DNA from: Eledone cirrhosa
Taxonomy: Eukaryota
NCBI GenBank assembly: GCA_964016885.1
Contig: OZ024754.1
Coordinates: 27,404,001-27,468,000, forward strand
Direction: 5' to 3'
DNA: 64,000 bases
Positions 15,998 to 28,837 of this stretch are shown one piece after another. Below the pieces are notes generated by a model. That model searched no databases. It was not told the origin of the DNA and saw only the letters and a program-made list of their open reading frames with translations. The stretch's first letter is position 1. The number at the start of each line of letters is the position of its first letter. Made by a program: the position numbers and the translations under genes.

Positions 15998-16285
15998 TTA
16001 TATTACACAAAGAGAAGTATGTTACACAGTGAGATGTGTGTAAAGAATTATTACAAGTGAGTTTACCGTTACTGTATAGAGAACAATATCTACAGGTTTA
16101 GCAACCTTATAAATAAGGTTGGTAATTTAAAACTCTAATCCAGAGATTTGATTCTGACTTAGTTTTTTTCTATTTAATTGCTAAACCTGTAGATATTGTT
16201 CTTTATACAGTAACGGTAAACTCACTTGTAATAATTCTTTACACACATCTCACTGTGTAACACACTTCTATTTGTGTAATATATA
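15998..16285. repeat. Inverted repeat, ~105-bp arms, beside TA tracts
   Basis: 16000-16104 is the reverse complement of 16178-16283. No clean HHR core seen. Confidence 0.8.
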
Positions 16286-16383
16286 TTTGCATTTGAGCTC
16301 AGAAGGAAATTCTCTATTCTTCTTTGAGCTAATACTATTATTATTATTACAGTGAACTGCGGAATAATCTTAATTCCGATCTT

Positions 16384-16425
<42 letters not shown>

Positions 16426-16467
16426 TGGATAAAATGAAATTTCATTTTTCACTCACTGATACATGCT

Positions 16468-16502
<35 letters not shown>

Positions 16503-16536
16503 TTGTGTGTGTGTGTATATATATATATATACACAC

Positions 16537-16573
<37 letters not shown>

Positions 16574-17070
16574 AATATATTATATATATATATATATACA
16601 CACACAGCCACACACACACGGTCTTAGCAGCCATTTGCACTTGATGTCAGCTCCCAGCTGCTGTCTGTTTCTTCCTGCGCATATTCTTTCGTGCTTTGAT
16701 TAAAGCCTCTCCTCTAATATTTTCTAATATTTTACTGTGCCTCTTCTTTTTATGAATTTGTTTTGAACATCTGAAATTCAATATCCACAATAAAAAAACA
16801 AACGTTTTTATTTCATGCTCTATTTTCAAAATCAGAACCGGATTAGGATTAGGGATTTTATACCTATAGTCCTTTAGTTTTGTAGATGGATATGTTTTAT
16901 TTGCTTTTGAAATATTTAAACATATTTAGTTCGTATTTGTATGTAGAATATGATTCATCTTCTTAGCATTTAAAATGTTATTTCTGTTTCAAATTATTAA
17001 CGATAAACATGCACTTTAAAATTTAGACAAAATATACTTATGTAAACTCCAAAATTTAAACAACAACAGC

Positions 17071-17148
<78 letters not shown>

Positions 17149-17228
17149 CGTGTGTAAAAATGTATGTATATATTTAAATGCGGAACGAATTTACACAAAA
17201 TATACTTATATCACATCAACTGTGAACA

Positions 17229-17283
<55 letters not shown>

Positions 17284-17394
17284 AGAAAAACCACAAACCC
17301 TACATCTCAAACTGCGAAACCGGTAAAGGAACCAAATAGATATATATTTAAAAAAAAAAAAGACTCGAGTTGCATTTTCGATTTCATCTTTTTT

Positions 17395-17452
<58 letters not shown>

Positions 17453-18646
17453 TTCAAATGCAAATAGAATATATTTACATACACAAATATGTTCATTCAA
17501 ATGTGATAAAAAGCAAAAGAAATAAAAAGTGGAAAAAAACACATGTTCATGATGGTGAAAGCATTGCTTCAAAAACCACCCAGTGATACCCGCCATTTCA
17601 GCCATTCCACCACTTTGGCTCTTTCTTCCAGCGAATGTTCACGTTCTGATTTACCAGAAACAATCTGACCGTCCAGGGACCGAGTATCCCGGAGTTCGTA
17701 ATGATAACAGACACTTCTTTCGTAAAATTTTGATGTACACTAATAATAAAGTTCAAATTACATGAAGATATGGAACGAAAATATCATTGGTTAATGTATT
17801 ACAATAAATCATATCCCTGGAAACAATGTGTACTAATATATCATAGAACATTAGAATTAAAGACAGGATGATGACAACTTTATGAAAAAATACATAGATA
17901 CATCTTGACACACCACATAGAAAATAACATGTATTCAGTATATTTTCATTCTTTTACGAGTTCTTCTAACTTTTCTTTTCATTCATATTATTTCGTTTGT
18001 TTATTGTTTTATAAATTTTTCTCTCATAAAGTTTATATTATCATTAAGTTGCACATTATTGTAAAACATAAGTAATAAAATATATTTATGATCGTTGTAT
18101 CAGATTTTAATAGCGCTGTTAAATTGTACTAAAATATTTATGAGCAAAGTTTGTTGTAAATATATTTTACCGAAGAAAATTTTAAAGAATTTGCTCTCCT
18201 CGAACAAAATAAATTACGTACATGTTTTCACAGGCAGCAATAAAATGTGGAGCAACGTCACATTTTGGGGAGCCTCCATCTCTGAAAAACCTGCCGCATC
18301 TTTTTTTAATGTTCTCAGACTTATGCCATTAAATACCACAACGACAGTGTATTTCGTCTTTTTTATAGTGTAACTTCAAAATTCATTGAATATTCCTACG
18401 GCATTTATATCAGCTAAACTAATATCTCGGAAATAAAACCTATAAGAGATAGGGCAATGTTTTTCCATTTATAGTACATCTATTTCCTATAAATCTGTCT
18501 TCACTGTTGGAATATTCCCTAACGTACAGCAGGAAACACCAGAACGGCAAATTATTTCATAATTTTTGATAGTTAATATTCAAACTTCACCTCAAAATAT
18601 ACGTGTATAATGCATACCTTCAACTAGGGGCGGTATTATCATTAAT

Positions 18647-18831
18647 TGTTTCTACTTTAGGCACAAGGCCAGCAATTACCCAGTGCATTACTGGTACTTT
18701 ATTTTATCGATCCCGTAAGGATGAAAGGCAAAGTCAACCTCGGCGGGATTTGAACTCAGATCGTAAAGAGAAGTAACTATGCTGGAAAGCATGGCGCCGG
18801 ACCCTCTACTAATACTGCCAATCCACCGTCC
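18647..18831 (-). mobile_element. Same SINE with a 20-bp target-site duplication
   Basis: ggggcggtattatcattaat occurs at both 18627-18646 and 18832-18851. Confidence 0.88.
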
Positions 18832-19896
18832 GGGGCGGTATTATCATTAATGTTAACTAGCCACCCATCAAGGACTCACACAACAGAGAGGTGTATTGCT
18901 GAAGCTTAAATGATCATAGTTCTATAGATATTTTGTATAACTAAATTAAATATGAAAAAAGTTCTAGTGATCAATAAATAACTCGCTAAATATCTTTGCC
19001 AAGAAGCAGCGTTGTGGAAATGTCCAAAACGGATATGTATGCTGTTAAAAACGGTAACAGGATTTGGCATGGGGTTTCACCTGTGTGAGAGGAAATGCAG
19101 GCTTAGTAATTTTCTTAGAGTGGTCAGAGCAAGAGGTTTTTAAATCTAGGTCTGTCTGCTTCCCAAACAGTAAGCTGAAAATGATATATGTTGGGAGAAC
19201 GGGAGGCATAATTGGGAGGAAGGTGCGCAAATTGTAAAGCTAATATACACGTTATTCTTCACTCTTACTATTATTACTCCAAGATTAACTTACATAGGAA
19301 CTCCCGATAACTCATATACTCGCTACCTAAATATATCATATCTGCAACAACACAGCTCACCATTTTTGATTCATATCTGCTTTCCCCTTCGCTGTGACCT
19401 GTCTTTTTCTCTTCCCTTACTGCTATCCTCTTTCTCTCTCCCCTTCTCTCTCCTTCTTCTTCTTACTTTCATTCACCCCCTCTGCTAGTCACCCTCTCTC
19501 GGCTAGCCTCTTCCTCACACTTTCACTCACTCACTCTCTGCTACTCACCCTCTCTCTCACTTCCTCCATTGTCCCACACCGTACGAGATTCTTTCCGCGC
19601 TCACATCCGCACGGCCAAGATGTGTCTTTGCCTTCTCGTCAATATTCGCAAGTTCTTATGTTCAAAATGAATTATTGACTTGATTTTCTCATTTTTTACT
19701 CTCTTACGTTGCCTCACCATTCGTGTTTGTTTACCTGTCTCTCTTTCTCCACCCAACTCTTTTTATCCAATAACTTAATTTAGTTATTGTATCGCCCTAG
19801 CTTGAGGTATATGGTCTGTAATGCGAAGAAATACCTATGATGGCTAGTAGACCACTGATGACGGATATTCTTGGCTTCTATTTCTAATTCTTCAAA

Positions 19897-20003
19897 GGTA
19901 GCATCGAAATACAGACACACACGCACAGGGAAATATATATATATGTGTATATATATATATATATTTGCCTGTGCGTTTGTGTCTGTATTTCGATGCTACC
20001 TTT
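19897..20003. repeat. Hairpin centred on a TA tract
   Basis: aaaggtagcatcgaaatacagacac.. pairs with ..gtgtctgtatttcgatgctaccttt. Confidence 0.75.
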
Positions 20004-20675
20004 TCTTATTTCCGTCAGCGGTTCTAGTTCTCCTTTTATCGCACATTCATATTGAATGAATGAAGGAATATAATCCGAGTGGTTAAGAATTTTTCTTCCT
20101 ATATCAAGCAGTAAACTAATATATATTGTTGTACATTTTTCTCCCGTGTTATTTTTGGTTGTCGACATTTCGCATACACATACAGAAAACACGCACATCA
20201 CAGAGAAACACATAGACAGTCACACACACAAACACACATACCCACATACACTCACACATGATTTGCATTTTTGACATGCTGTAATTTTCAGTACAAAGTA
20301 TCTATCTCTCAAAGAAAGAAAAAATCTCTAATCTTATAATAAAGGATCTTATTGTTATATATATACATACATACACACACGCACACATATCTATATCGAT
20401 ATCTCACTCCCCCCTCTCTCTCTATCTATGTATATAAATGGTATAAATAAAATGTATGTGCTTATATATGTATACATATATGTAAGCATATATATATGTA
20501 TATATATATGTATATTTATATACATACATATATATGTATATATATCTACATATATATATATATATATACATATATATATGTGGGTGGGTGTGTGTATATA
20601 CATATATAAATATATTTATATATTTATATATGTGTATATATATACATATAAGCTAAAGTATAATCATATATGTAT

Positions 20676-20718
<43 letters not shown>

Positions 20719-20760
20719 CATATACATATATATATATATATGTGTGTATATATATATATT

Positions 20761-20793
<33 letters not shown>

Positions 20794-21153
20794 ATATTCA
20801 TATATTTTAAGCATAAACTGGTGCCTTGTAAAAGCAATCAATATTCATATTGTTGCGAAACGAATTCGTTGTTTAATTTATATAAAATATATAAAGAAAA
20901 CTGAGCATCATGGTGTATTTAGGAGATTAAATTTTATATCGTAAAGTATATTTCATGAATTAATTCACGTGCTTCCAAGTAAAACCTGCGGACATATTCG
21001 CAGGTTACCGCTATATCTCTATGTTTTTATAGAAATATTTATGAACCACACACTCGCACACACACACAGACACACGCAAATATAAGGATTATACCAAAGA
21101 GAGTTATATATCTATCTATATATATATATGTATATATATATATTTGTATATAA

Positions 21154-21261
<108 letters not shown>

Positions 21262-22079
21262 ATATACATATATACATAGGGTGAATAATGAAATGCGCTT
21301 TACAAAGTATTGCATTGTATTGCATTACATATCCATAACCCGTATGGAACAATAGCATATTTTCTCCCTCTTAAAACTATTTTAATGTAAAGATTCCTTT
21401 CATATGAGATCAAAGTGTGTGTTAGCACTCTAGGGTTGTTATAATGTTGATGCAATTTCCCTCTAGTATCCTTGTTAAAATAAACTATATATTCCTTTAG
21501 TCGTATTATCATCTGTATTTTGTATCCTAACCGTGCTCTTGCAGTTGGAGTTAGTGTGTGTTGTACACAATAAGTGCGTATTTGTGTATTGTATTCAATG
21601 CGAATAATGATGTGAACGATTGTGGGTTTTCTCAAAGGAAAATAAAGAATTACTAAAGTTGTATAAAAACTTACTAAAGTTGTATCAAAAGAATTACTAA
21701 AGTTGTATCAAAACTTATATATAATGACATATATATATAAAAATTGATGAGCAGAACAAACAAACATTAAACAATCCTTTAAATAAATTTAAAAATAATT
21801 TAAATATCTACCTGTTCATATATATGTATATATATAGGACGAAACATTGTCGGCTAATAAAGACTTTTGATGTATTGAAGGCTTCTTTGTTTTACTCTCT
21901 TAATTTTTCGGCTCTGTTTAACTACATTGAGCTATACCTTTTACTGTCATTTCTATAATACGAAGAGGGTGTTTAACTCCAACACACTCCAGTATTTTAA
22001 CCCTTGTCACTGCTCCCGATCGGTTGAGCTTCCTCATATATACTGGTATTTTGGCCTTTATATATACATATCTGACAGT

Positions 22080-24769
22080 ATGCTAACAAAGAGTTACCTG
22101 CCTTTATCTCTGAAGAATATTCCCACCCCCTCTAAGAATACTTACGAAAAACTATTGATAGCTAGTGTTAACTCCTTTGTAAAAAGGATTAGATGGCGTG
22201 CTTTCCACTATGATAATAATAAGGATAGGAAGGACCCCAGGAATAGAACTATTTTTAATAACTATGGCTTCAAAACTTATAAGAGCCCACCACACAATAT
22301 TCTGTTAGATAGTTTTGAAAGTGACTTACTCTCTCTTGTCAAAAATATTAGGTATAGGCCAAATAATAGACATAGAAATTATAATAATTTTGATAAGTTC
22401 CAGTCTAGACTTAAAAATATTGTTAAGGGTTTCGGTGAGAATAAGTCCATTCTTGTCCCGGCGGATAAGACTAAAAATCTATACTCCATGGATTATAGTG
22501 CTTACCGCGACTTTATTTATAAGGAGCTGCATAGAAACTATAAAAAAACTACACTTGAGAATTTGAACCACATCAATAGTGATGGCCTTAGAATTGTCTC
22601 TGACCTCGGCTTCGATAAGTATACCCAGCCATATTACCCTCGAGAACCGAGATTGACTCTTAAGGATCACAAGGTTGATTTTATTACTAACCCCTCAGTT
22701 AGACTTATCTGTCCCTCTAAGTCTGATATAGCCACTATCAGTAAAAAAAATCCTTGACCTTATTATACCAGATGTTAGGGATAAGGTTAATTTTAACCTA
22801 TGAGGGAACACTAAGGAAGTTATAGATTGGTTCTCCGGGATTAATAGACTTGAATCTAATAAGTTTATCCAATTCGATATTGATACCTACTACACATCAA
22901 TTTCACCCGTCCTCCTCAATAAAGCTTTAATGTTGGCCATGAGAGTGTCCAGCCTTACACGATCACAGGTAGACATTATACTAGCAGCCCGTAAAACTAT
23001 TATTAAATTTGAGGACACATTTTGGACCCGTAAAAACACGCCCAACAATTTCGACGTTACAATGGGTTCCAGTGATTCGGCCCAGGTTACTGATCTTGTT
23101 GGGTTGTTCCTCCTTAATGAACTATATGCTATCTTCCCGCACCTTATAGGCGGACTATATCGTGATGATGCATTGTTTGTAATTAACTCTAGCATCAACA
23201 ATGTAGAACATTATAAGAAGAAGCTTTATAAGTTTTTTTAAAAGCTATAACCTTTCGATCACGATAGATAGAAATGATAGAGCGGTTAACTTTTTAGATG
23301 TGACTTTGGACTTGGCCACTAATAGTTTTAAACCCTTCCATAAACTTAATGATATAATTTCTTATGTTAGTCCCAATTCTAACCACCCCAAGTCTATGAT
23401 AAGCTCTATAATTAAGGGTGTATCTAATAGGATTTCTACACTCTCTAAGGACATAGGAACTTTTAATGAACATGCGGAGTACTATAATAATGCCCTAGCA
23501 AATTCAGGTTACTCTAGTAAAATACATTATAATAATAGTAACCTTAGAAAGTCTCCGTCTACCTTTAATAATAATAGTATAATATCACATAACATGGCCA
23601 TGAATGTGAGTAGCAAACATAGTAACCGTAGAAATTATATAGGTGTTTCTGAACCCACCCATAAGTTAACCCACCGAACCCGTAATAGCGAATATAATAC
23701 CTCTAGGAAACAAGTTGAACCCCCTGTGCGCTCACACATTGGTGATAATTTAGCTGGATCTTATTCTGATAATATTGCTCCTACTGATCCTATCATTGGC
23801 CCTGATCCTTATGATGGGATTCCGGACAGCAGCAGATCTACTGGAGGTATAAACTGTAATAGACTTAATGAAATTTTGGCTGATTCTATGAATGCGGCTT
23901 TAACTAATCCTTGTAGTAACCCTAGTCTCGATGGTGGGATACTCGATAATGGTAGAGTCGGTAAGAATAAAAATAGAAGGCGATTAAACACTTATTTTAA
24001 CCCGCCATATAATCAGGAAGTATCAACTAATATCCCTAGGTCTTTCTTCACTATCTTAGAGAAAAATTTCCCCCCTTCTCATAAATACCATAGTATTTTT
24101 AATAAAAATGTTCTTAAACTTTCATTCTCTACCACCCCTAATATTAGTTCTCATTTAGCTAGCACTAACAATAGGAAAATTAGGGATGGATTCTCCTCTC
24201 TACATACTACTAGTCTGAACAGATCTGGCAATGCATTACCACCAGAACAGTCCTTATCTAATAGCAATCTTACGTGTAGTGCATCACCACTTGAGTCAAC
24301 CAATAACACTCGGAAGTGCAATTGTAGAGTGAGTGCTAATTGCCCTTTAAACGGTAACTGCCTTTCTAAGAACATTGTCTATGCTTGTGAAGTTATAACT
24401 AATTCCTCTAATAGAACTTATATAGGCTCTACATCTAACACTTTTAAGACTAGGTTTAACTCTCATATCTCTAATTTCAAGCATGTTAAGTTTAAAAATT
24501 CTACTTCTTTAGCACATTATGTCTGGGATCTTAAGATAGCTAATATACCATATAGCCTTAACTGGTGTTTAGTAGCACGCTCTAACCACCTTTCTACACA
24601 TACTAAGTTTTGTAATCTCTGTATCCTCGAGACACACTCTATAATCTTCTCTAGTGCATCTTTACTTAATAGAAAGTCTGAAATATTCTCTTCTTGCCCC
24701 CATGCTATTTCTAATTCATACTTTTATTATAAACCTAAACGTTCTAGTAGTACAAATTGTACCCATTAG
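22080..24769 (+). pseudogene. PLE polyprotein (reverse transcriptase + C-terminal GIY-YIG endonuclease), disrupted
   Basis: Motifs ADKT, TLKDHK, FIQFDIDTYYTSI, FDVTMGSSD, GLYRDDAL, VNFLDVTLDL, SNHP, FNPPY, KCNCR..CPLNGNC..IVY..TYIGST..FKTRF..H, CNLC..E, LLNRKSE..CPH. Lesions: extra A at 22743-22750, TGA at 22801, extra T near 23233-23239. Confidence 0.92.
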
Positions 24770-26094
24770 GTGATATATTCCATTATTTAGTTTTTAGTTT
24801 AGGTCCTTTTGTTTGCCAGCATTATTATTATTATCATCATTGTTATAATTGGTTTTTGATGACTCTTCATTCTAGATCTCGTAATCTTTTGGCTACTGTA
24901 CCACATCTATCTTCTTACGCATTAAATTTTCAGTTACACCTTACGAATGTATATAGGATTATATATTTTACGCTATTTATTTTATTTTACTCTTATTCTT
25001 ATTCTTATTTTTATTTTTATTTTTATCTTTATTCGGATTCTTCTTTGGACCCCCCCCCCCCCCTTCCACCCCCCATGCGCACATAAACTTATTGTCAACC
25101 CCTCCAAATTGACTATGATTATATTATATTTAACCCCCCCCCCCCCTCTTTTACACTCCTTTCTATTATGTAATATAGTATTATAAGTAATTATATATTA
25201 TATAAGTAATTATGTATTATAAGTAATTATATATTATATTGTATTAATTTATTTTATATAATATGTTATATTGTATTTTTTATTGTAATATTGATCCTTA
25301 TTACTTACCGTTAATTATATGTAACATTATGATATGTTAAACTGTATATATCATGTAAGATGTTTCTACTTCTGTAAGTTTTTTGAGGTATTGTACAATT
25401 TATTTTTCCTCACCTACTCTGTAACCCAATATGAACCGATTTGTTAACTTGAGTACATTGATAAATGTTAGTATATTGTATATTGTAAATGTTATTATTA
25501 TTATATTATTATTGTGACATCTATATTGTTTGTGAAAATTAACCGGAGATTATCTATTCTATTATATTGTATTATATAGTATATAATTGTATTATTTATT
25601 ATTATATGTGTTGCTTATAATTATATCATATTATTACCTCATGTATATTGGGTAGATGTATTAGTATTATTATTATTTTCATTCCTACCATGCTTATTTT
25701 TATATTCAAATTCTTAATAAGGTTTATTTGTGCAGTGGAAGATGGATGTGCGTATTGTTGTATGTGTATGTGTGTGTACGTGTGCGCACATATATACATA
25801 TGCATATTGTATCTTTTGATTTTTATTGTAATTTTTTATTCTAATGTTGGTAAAGGTATATTATTGTATGTTATATTGTATTATATAAAATTCCTGCTCT
25901 ATATAACCACCTTTGTTTAGCTCTAGTTTTTGCTTTGGACTATATTTGTAATATGGTTCTTAATGTTATATACATCCTTAGTAATTATTATCATATATTT
26001 TTATTATATATTTTTGTAATATTTCAGTTTATGTACACTCCATATTCTTCGGAGATTCCGGCTTGTATCTGCCGATATTACTTCTTGTTGTTTT

Positions 26095-26140
26095 AATTGC
26101 CCTGATGAGTCCTTAATAGGACGAAACATTGTCGGCTAAT
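26095..26140 (+). ncRNA. Type I hammerhead ribozyme at the PLE 3' end
   Basis: gcc-CTGATGA-gtcct(taat)aggac-GAAA-c(att)g-TC^-ggc. Canonical core with predicted cleavage after C26133. Confidence 0.9.
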
Positions 26141-26187
26141 AAAGACTTTTGATGTATTGAAGGCTTCTTTGTTTTACTCTCTTAATA

Positions 26188-26221
<34 letters not shown>

Positions 26222-26245
<24 letters not shown>

Positions 26246-26696
26246 GGTCCCGGGTTGAGTCGGGGATAACCACAGCATGTAAGGTACTCAATACATGGCA
26301 GAGTAAAATATATTTATTGTATAGAAGGAGCTTCTACAGGACTAGTACTGTTTCATTCAGATGAAATCTTCAGGAAGCTGGGTGTCATATTAAGTTCTGG
26401 TATTTATACATTTAGGTACCTTACTTACATTACCACTACCTAAATCTATAAATACCAGAACTTAATATGACACCCAGCTTCCTGAAGATTTCATCTGAAT
26501 GAAACAGTACTAGTCCTGTAGAAGCTCCTTCTATACAATAAATATATTTTACTCTGCCATGTATTGAGTACCTTACTTACTTTACCACTACCTAAATGTA
26601 TAAATACCAGAACTTAATATGACACCCAGCTTCCTGAAGATTTCATCTGAATGAAACAGTACTAGTCCTGTAGAAGTTCCTTCTATACAATAAATA
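26222..26696. mobile_element. Retrozyme-like element with three hammerheads (one minus, two tandem plus)
   Basis: agcttc-CTGAAGA-tttca(tc)tgaat-GAAA-cag(tactagtc)ctg-TA^-gaagct at 26476-26526 and 26628-26678 (+), and at 26329-26379 (-). Confidence 0.85.
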
Positions 26697-27136
26697 TATA
26701 TATATATATATAATAGGAACAAGTAAGACCCCGACGGCTGAGCTCAAGCCGTTTCGACGGCTAATTCTGGACTCAATTAGCCGTCAATTAGCCGTCCAGA
26801 ATTAGCCGTCGAAACGGCTTGAGCTCAGCCGTCGGGGTCTTACTTGTTCCTATTACCCACTCTACTACCCTAAGTATTGAGTACTTTGGTGCGTTATGGT
26901 CCACCTGGTTCCTTACCACATTTCCTTCGTTATATATATATATATATATATATATATTGATTGCGAACGATATATATATATATATTGATTGCGAACGATT
27001 AAAAAGCCAAAACAATACATGAAAACAATTGAAACGTTGTCTTTTATTCAGAATTATCAATGGAGAGACTATCACCAGTAAATTTTTGATTTGGTTAATG
27101 AACGATCGAAGTTGTATATATATGTATATATATATA

Positions 27137-27692
27137 TCCAGGGAGTGTAACTTGGAGTTACTGTAGTTCACCCGGTGAGCACTCGATGTTTAGGTTCACT
27201 TCTGTGTCAATGTGTAGAGCTATACAGAGTGTATTATAGTAAAATAAAACAAGGACGAGCCGTGGATTACAGAGTCGGGTTAGATCGATACAGAATGAAG
27301 GAGTAACCTTCATTACGTTTATTGGTTGGTGATGCGCGTTTCGCCACTGATCAGCTCAAGGTTTGATCTGTATCGATCTAATCCGACTCTGTAATCCACG
27401 GTTCGTCCTTGTTTTATTTTACTATAATACACTCTATCTAGCTCTACACCTCGACACAAAAGTGAACCTAAACATCGGGTGCTCACCCGGGTGAACCTAC
27501 AGTAGCTCCAAGTTGCACTCTCCCTGGATATATATAATGTTTAGGTTCACTTTTGTGTCGAGGTGTAGAGCTAGATAGAGTGTATTATAGTAAAATAAAA
27601 CAAGGACGAACCGTGGATTACAGAGTCGGATTAGATCGATACAGATCGAACCTTGAGCTGATCAGTGGCGAAACGCGCATCACCAACCAATA
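27137..27692. mobile_element. Fold-back repeat with a third partial copy
   Basis: 27137-27294 is inverted relative to 27367-27530, and 27538-27692 is the reverse complement of 27320-27476. Contains ctgatcagtggc-GAAA-cgcg, a possible HHR remnant. Confidence 0.7.
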
Positions 27693-27761
27693 TATAAAGT
27701 GGTAGAACACTGGAAGGTAATATCCGTAGTGGTAGAGCACTCAGTCCATGGAACGAGTTAG

Positions 27762-27894
27762 GTAGAAGTGGTAACACAATTGTTAGTTCACTATACCGAG
27801 AACAATTGTTTCACCTTAGCGTATCCTCAGCTCGTGGCTCCGCTAAGGTGAAACAATTGTTCTCAGTATGGTGAACTAACTGTTGTGTAACCAC

Positions 27895-27899
<5 letters not shown>
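27762..27899. mobile_element. Fold-back element inverted within HHR stem II
   Basis: Hairpin ...tttcaccttagcg(19 nt)cgctaaggt-GAAA-caattg-TT-ctcag. CUGANGA is absent. Confidence 0.7.
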
Positions 27900-27925
<26 letters not shown>

Positions 27926-27928
<3 letters not shown>

Positions 27929-28837
27929 TAATCTATAAAGCTCAGTGTGTGGTCATGCTCCTTCGTTATAGAAATCTACGATATAGAATTTCTTCAATTG
28001 AAATTTACAATTCAGTATTCCAAATAGTTTCGATTGCGTCTTGACGCAGATAATTTTTTCAATTTCACCCACAATTACGCAAAAAATAGATAAAACTCAA
28101 TATTTTATGATTTTTCTCTCTCATTTAAACTGCTGAACTCTTTCTACTACCATTCAAAATCTATACAACTTCATATTTTCTGCTACTTTCTCTTTCCAAG
28201 CTTGATGGTGATACTGTCCGTTCACACCACTCCCTACTGTCTTAAATTTAGAAAACACATATCCTCTATGAGGTTACTAAACCTGCTAGAAACAACAGCT
28301 AACTCTCCTCCATATCACACCCCTCCCCACACCACTCCCTACTGTCTAAAATTTAGAAAACACATATCCTCTATGAGGTTACTAAACCTGCTAGAAACAG
28401 CAGCTAACTCTCCCCCATATCACACCCCTCCCTACTGTCTTAAATTTAGAAAACACATATCCTCTATGAGGTCACTAAACCTGCTAGAAACAACAGCTAA
28501 CTCTCCCTCATATCACAACCCTCCCTACTGTCTTAAATTTAGAAAACGCACAGACAACCATGCAGAACAACTCCATCGCAGCTCTGTTGTTCGGCTGGCA
28601 TCGTCTACGCGCGTGTTGCGCAAGTACTGTGAAACAATAAATTTCAACACTTTTTTGCACAGAGATAATATCCATAGGCGAAACTATAATTGTCACTGCT
28701 GGCGCAGCTCATGCTTCCAGGTCTGCAATTCATTCACCCAGTGCCTGGCAGACAAAAAAAGTGCTGCCATAAAATGGGTGGTGCAACCTAACTTTGGTAA
28801 CTTAATGACCCCGAGCAATGCCGGGCTTTAATGCTAG
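27926..28837 (+). mobile_element. Non-autonomous Helitron with internal tandem repeats
   Basis: 5' TC...ataaagct start, subterminal hairpin cccgagcaatgccggg and CTAG end followed by T. About 3.3 units of ~92-107 bp at 28225-28547. Confidence 0.75.

Larger units (their letters stand above)
21835..26186 (+). mobile_element. Near full-length Penelope-like element, Naiad-type, inserted in (TA)n
   Basis: Disrupted RT+GIY-YIG ORF, ~1.4 kb AT-rich 3' UTR and terminal hammerhead. A 70-bp direct repeat (21835-21904 = 26117-26186) bounds it, and (TA)n lies on both sides. Clade call rests on recalled motif patterns (SLKNIP..KRIRWRA N-terminus; CNC..CPL.G.C before the nuclease). Confidence 0.92.

Noticed and set aside
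22801-22803. In-frame TGA as selenocysteine (some Naiads encode selenoproteins)
   Set aside because: Copy 2 has TGG (Trp) at this position, the zinc-binding cysteines are ordinary Cys codons, and I saw no convincing SECIS by eye.
28225-28547. CRISPR-like array
   Set aside because: Tandem units lack unique spacers, lie inside a Helitron-like element, and the context is eukaryotic with no cas genes.
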